From Oscillospiraceae bacterium (GTDB lineage: Bacteria; Bacillota; Clostridia; Oscillospirales; Oscillospiraceae), in contig JAFYLI010000125.1 of assembly GCA_017537165.1 (NCBI GenBank), positions 1 to 63,178 of the forward strand: DNA of 63,178 nt. Direction: 5' to 3'. Below, one piece after another: positions 63,029 through 63,178 of the stretch. The notes under the pieces are model-generated. The model was not told the origin of the DNA. It made no database searches and saw only the letters and a list, made by a program, of their open reading frames with translations. Numbering within the stretch: position 1 is the first letter of the stretch; the number at the start of each line of letters is the position of its first letter. The translations under genes and the position numbers were made by a program.

Positions 63029-63178
63029 AATGAAAGAAGGTTCCGGAGCCGGTGCAGCCACCGGCAAGAAGCCCGGAATAAAGGGCGTTACCACAACGCT
63101 GGACTTTATTGATTTCGGCAGTGAAAATTACTACGAAGAAGACAAAGCCAAAACCAGAGCGGAGCGCAAGAAGCTCCC
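63029..63178 (+). CDS. hypothetical protein, first 50 codons only (runs off the window end)
   Basis: ATG at 63029 with an AAAGGAAG RBS about 11 nt upstream. Open to the window end. Low-complexity Gly/Ala/Lys-rich start. Confidence 0.35.

Noticed and set aside
1-63178. CRISPR arrays, rRNA genes, reverse transcriptase/retron or DGR components, and IS transposases.
   Set aside because: I found no short direct-repeat/spacer array, no rRNA-like sequence, and no ORF with RT (YxDD) or DDE transposase motifs. The only recombinase is the large serine recombinase at 6300-7994.

Overview
This 63-kb window looks like a Clostridia-type Firmicutes chromosome. That taxon call is an inference from AGGAGG-type RBSs, TGnTATAAT extended -10 promoters, and SLH, LysM, STAS and SpoIIE-type genes. 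About 60 genes lie almost entirely on the minus strand. I found no rRNA, no intact tRNA and no CRISPR array.

Most of the window is ordinary chromosome:
- a membrane-anchored glycoside hydrolase family 3 enzyme
- a long partner-switching operon (three STAS domains plus a fused SpoIIE phosphatase/anti-sigma-type kinase) that also carries guanine deaminase and a GltD-like oxidoreductase
- a cell-wall/peptide operon (NlpC/P60-SLH, C39-like peptidase, amino-acid ABC transporter with triplicated binding domains, VanX-like dipeptidase, GNAT)
- an SLH-anchored 5'-nucleotidase
- a LytS-type two-component system
- a GlcD/GlcF-like flavoprotein/Fe-S trio
- aspA, nagB, glmM and glnS

The stand-out is an AT-rich integrated element of about 8.7 kb (about 6201-14911). 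It is bounded by 25-nt imperfect inverted repeats and sits next to a tRNA-like 3' fragment. Its backbone is a large serine recombinase plus TnpW-like, ParB-like and TnpV-like genes, and it has no recognisable transfer genes.

The element's cargo has four parts:
1. A translationally coupled pair: a minimal nucleotidyl-cyclase-like palm-domain protein and a 398-aa protein I cannot assign to any family. This is my best candidate for an undescribed nucleotide-signalling or defence module.
2. Three paralogous zinc-ribbon membrane proteins.
3. A riboswitch-like structured leader with an intrinsic terminator in front of those three genes.
4. A separate structured RNA of about 270 nt with its own consensus promoter and terminator.

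All functional calls rest on motif recognition by eye, not on database searches.
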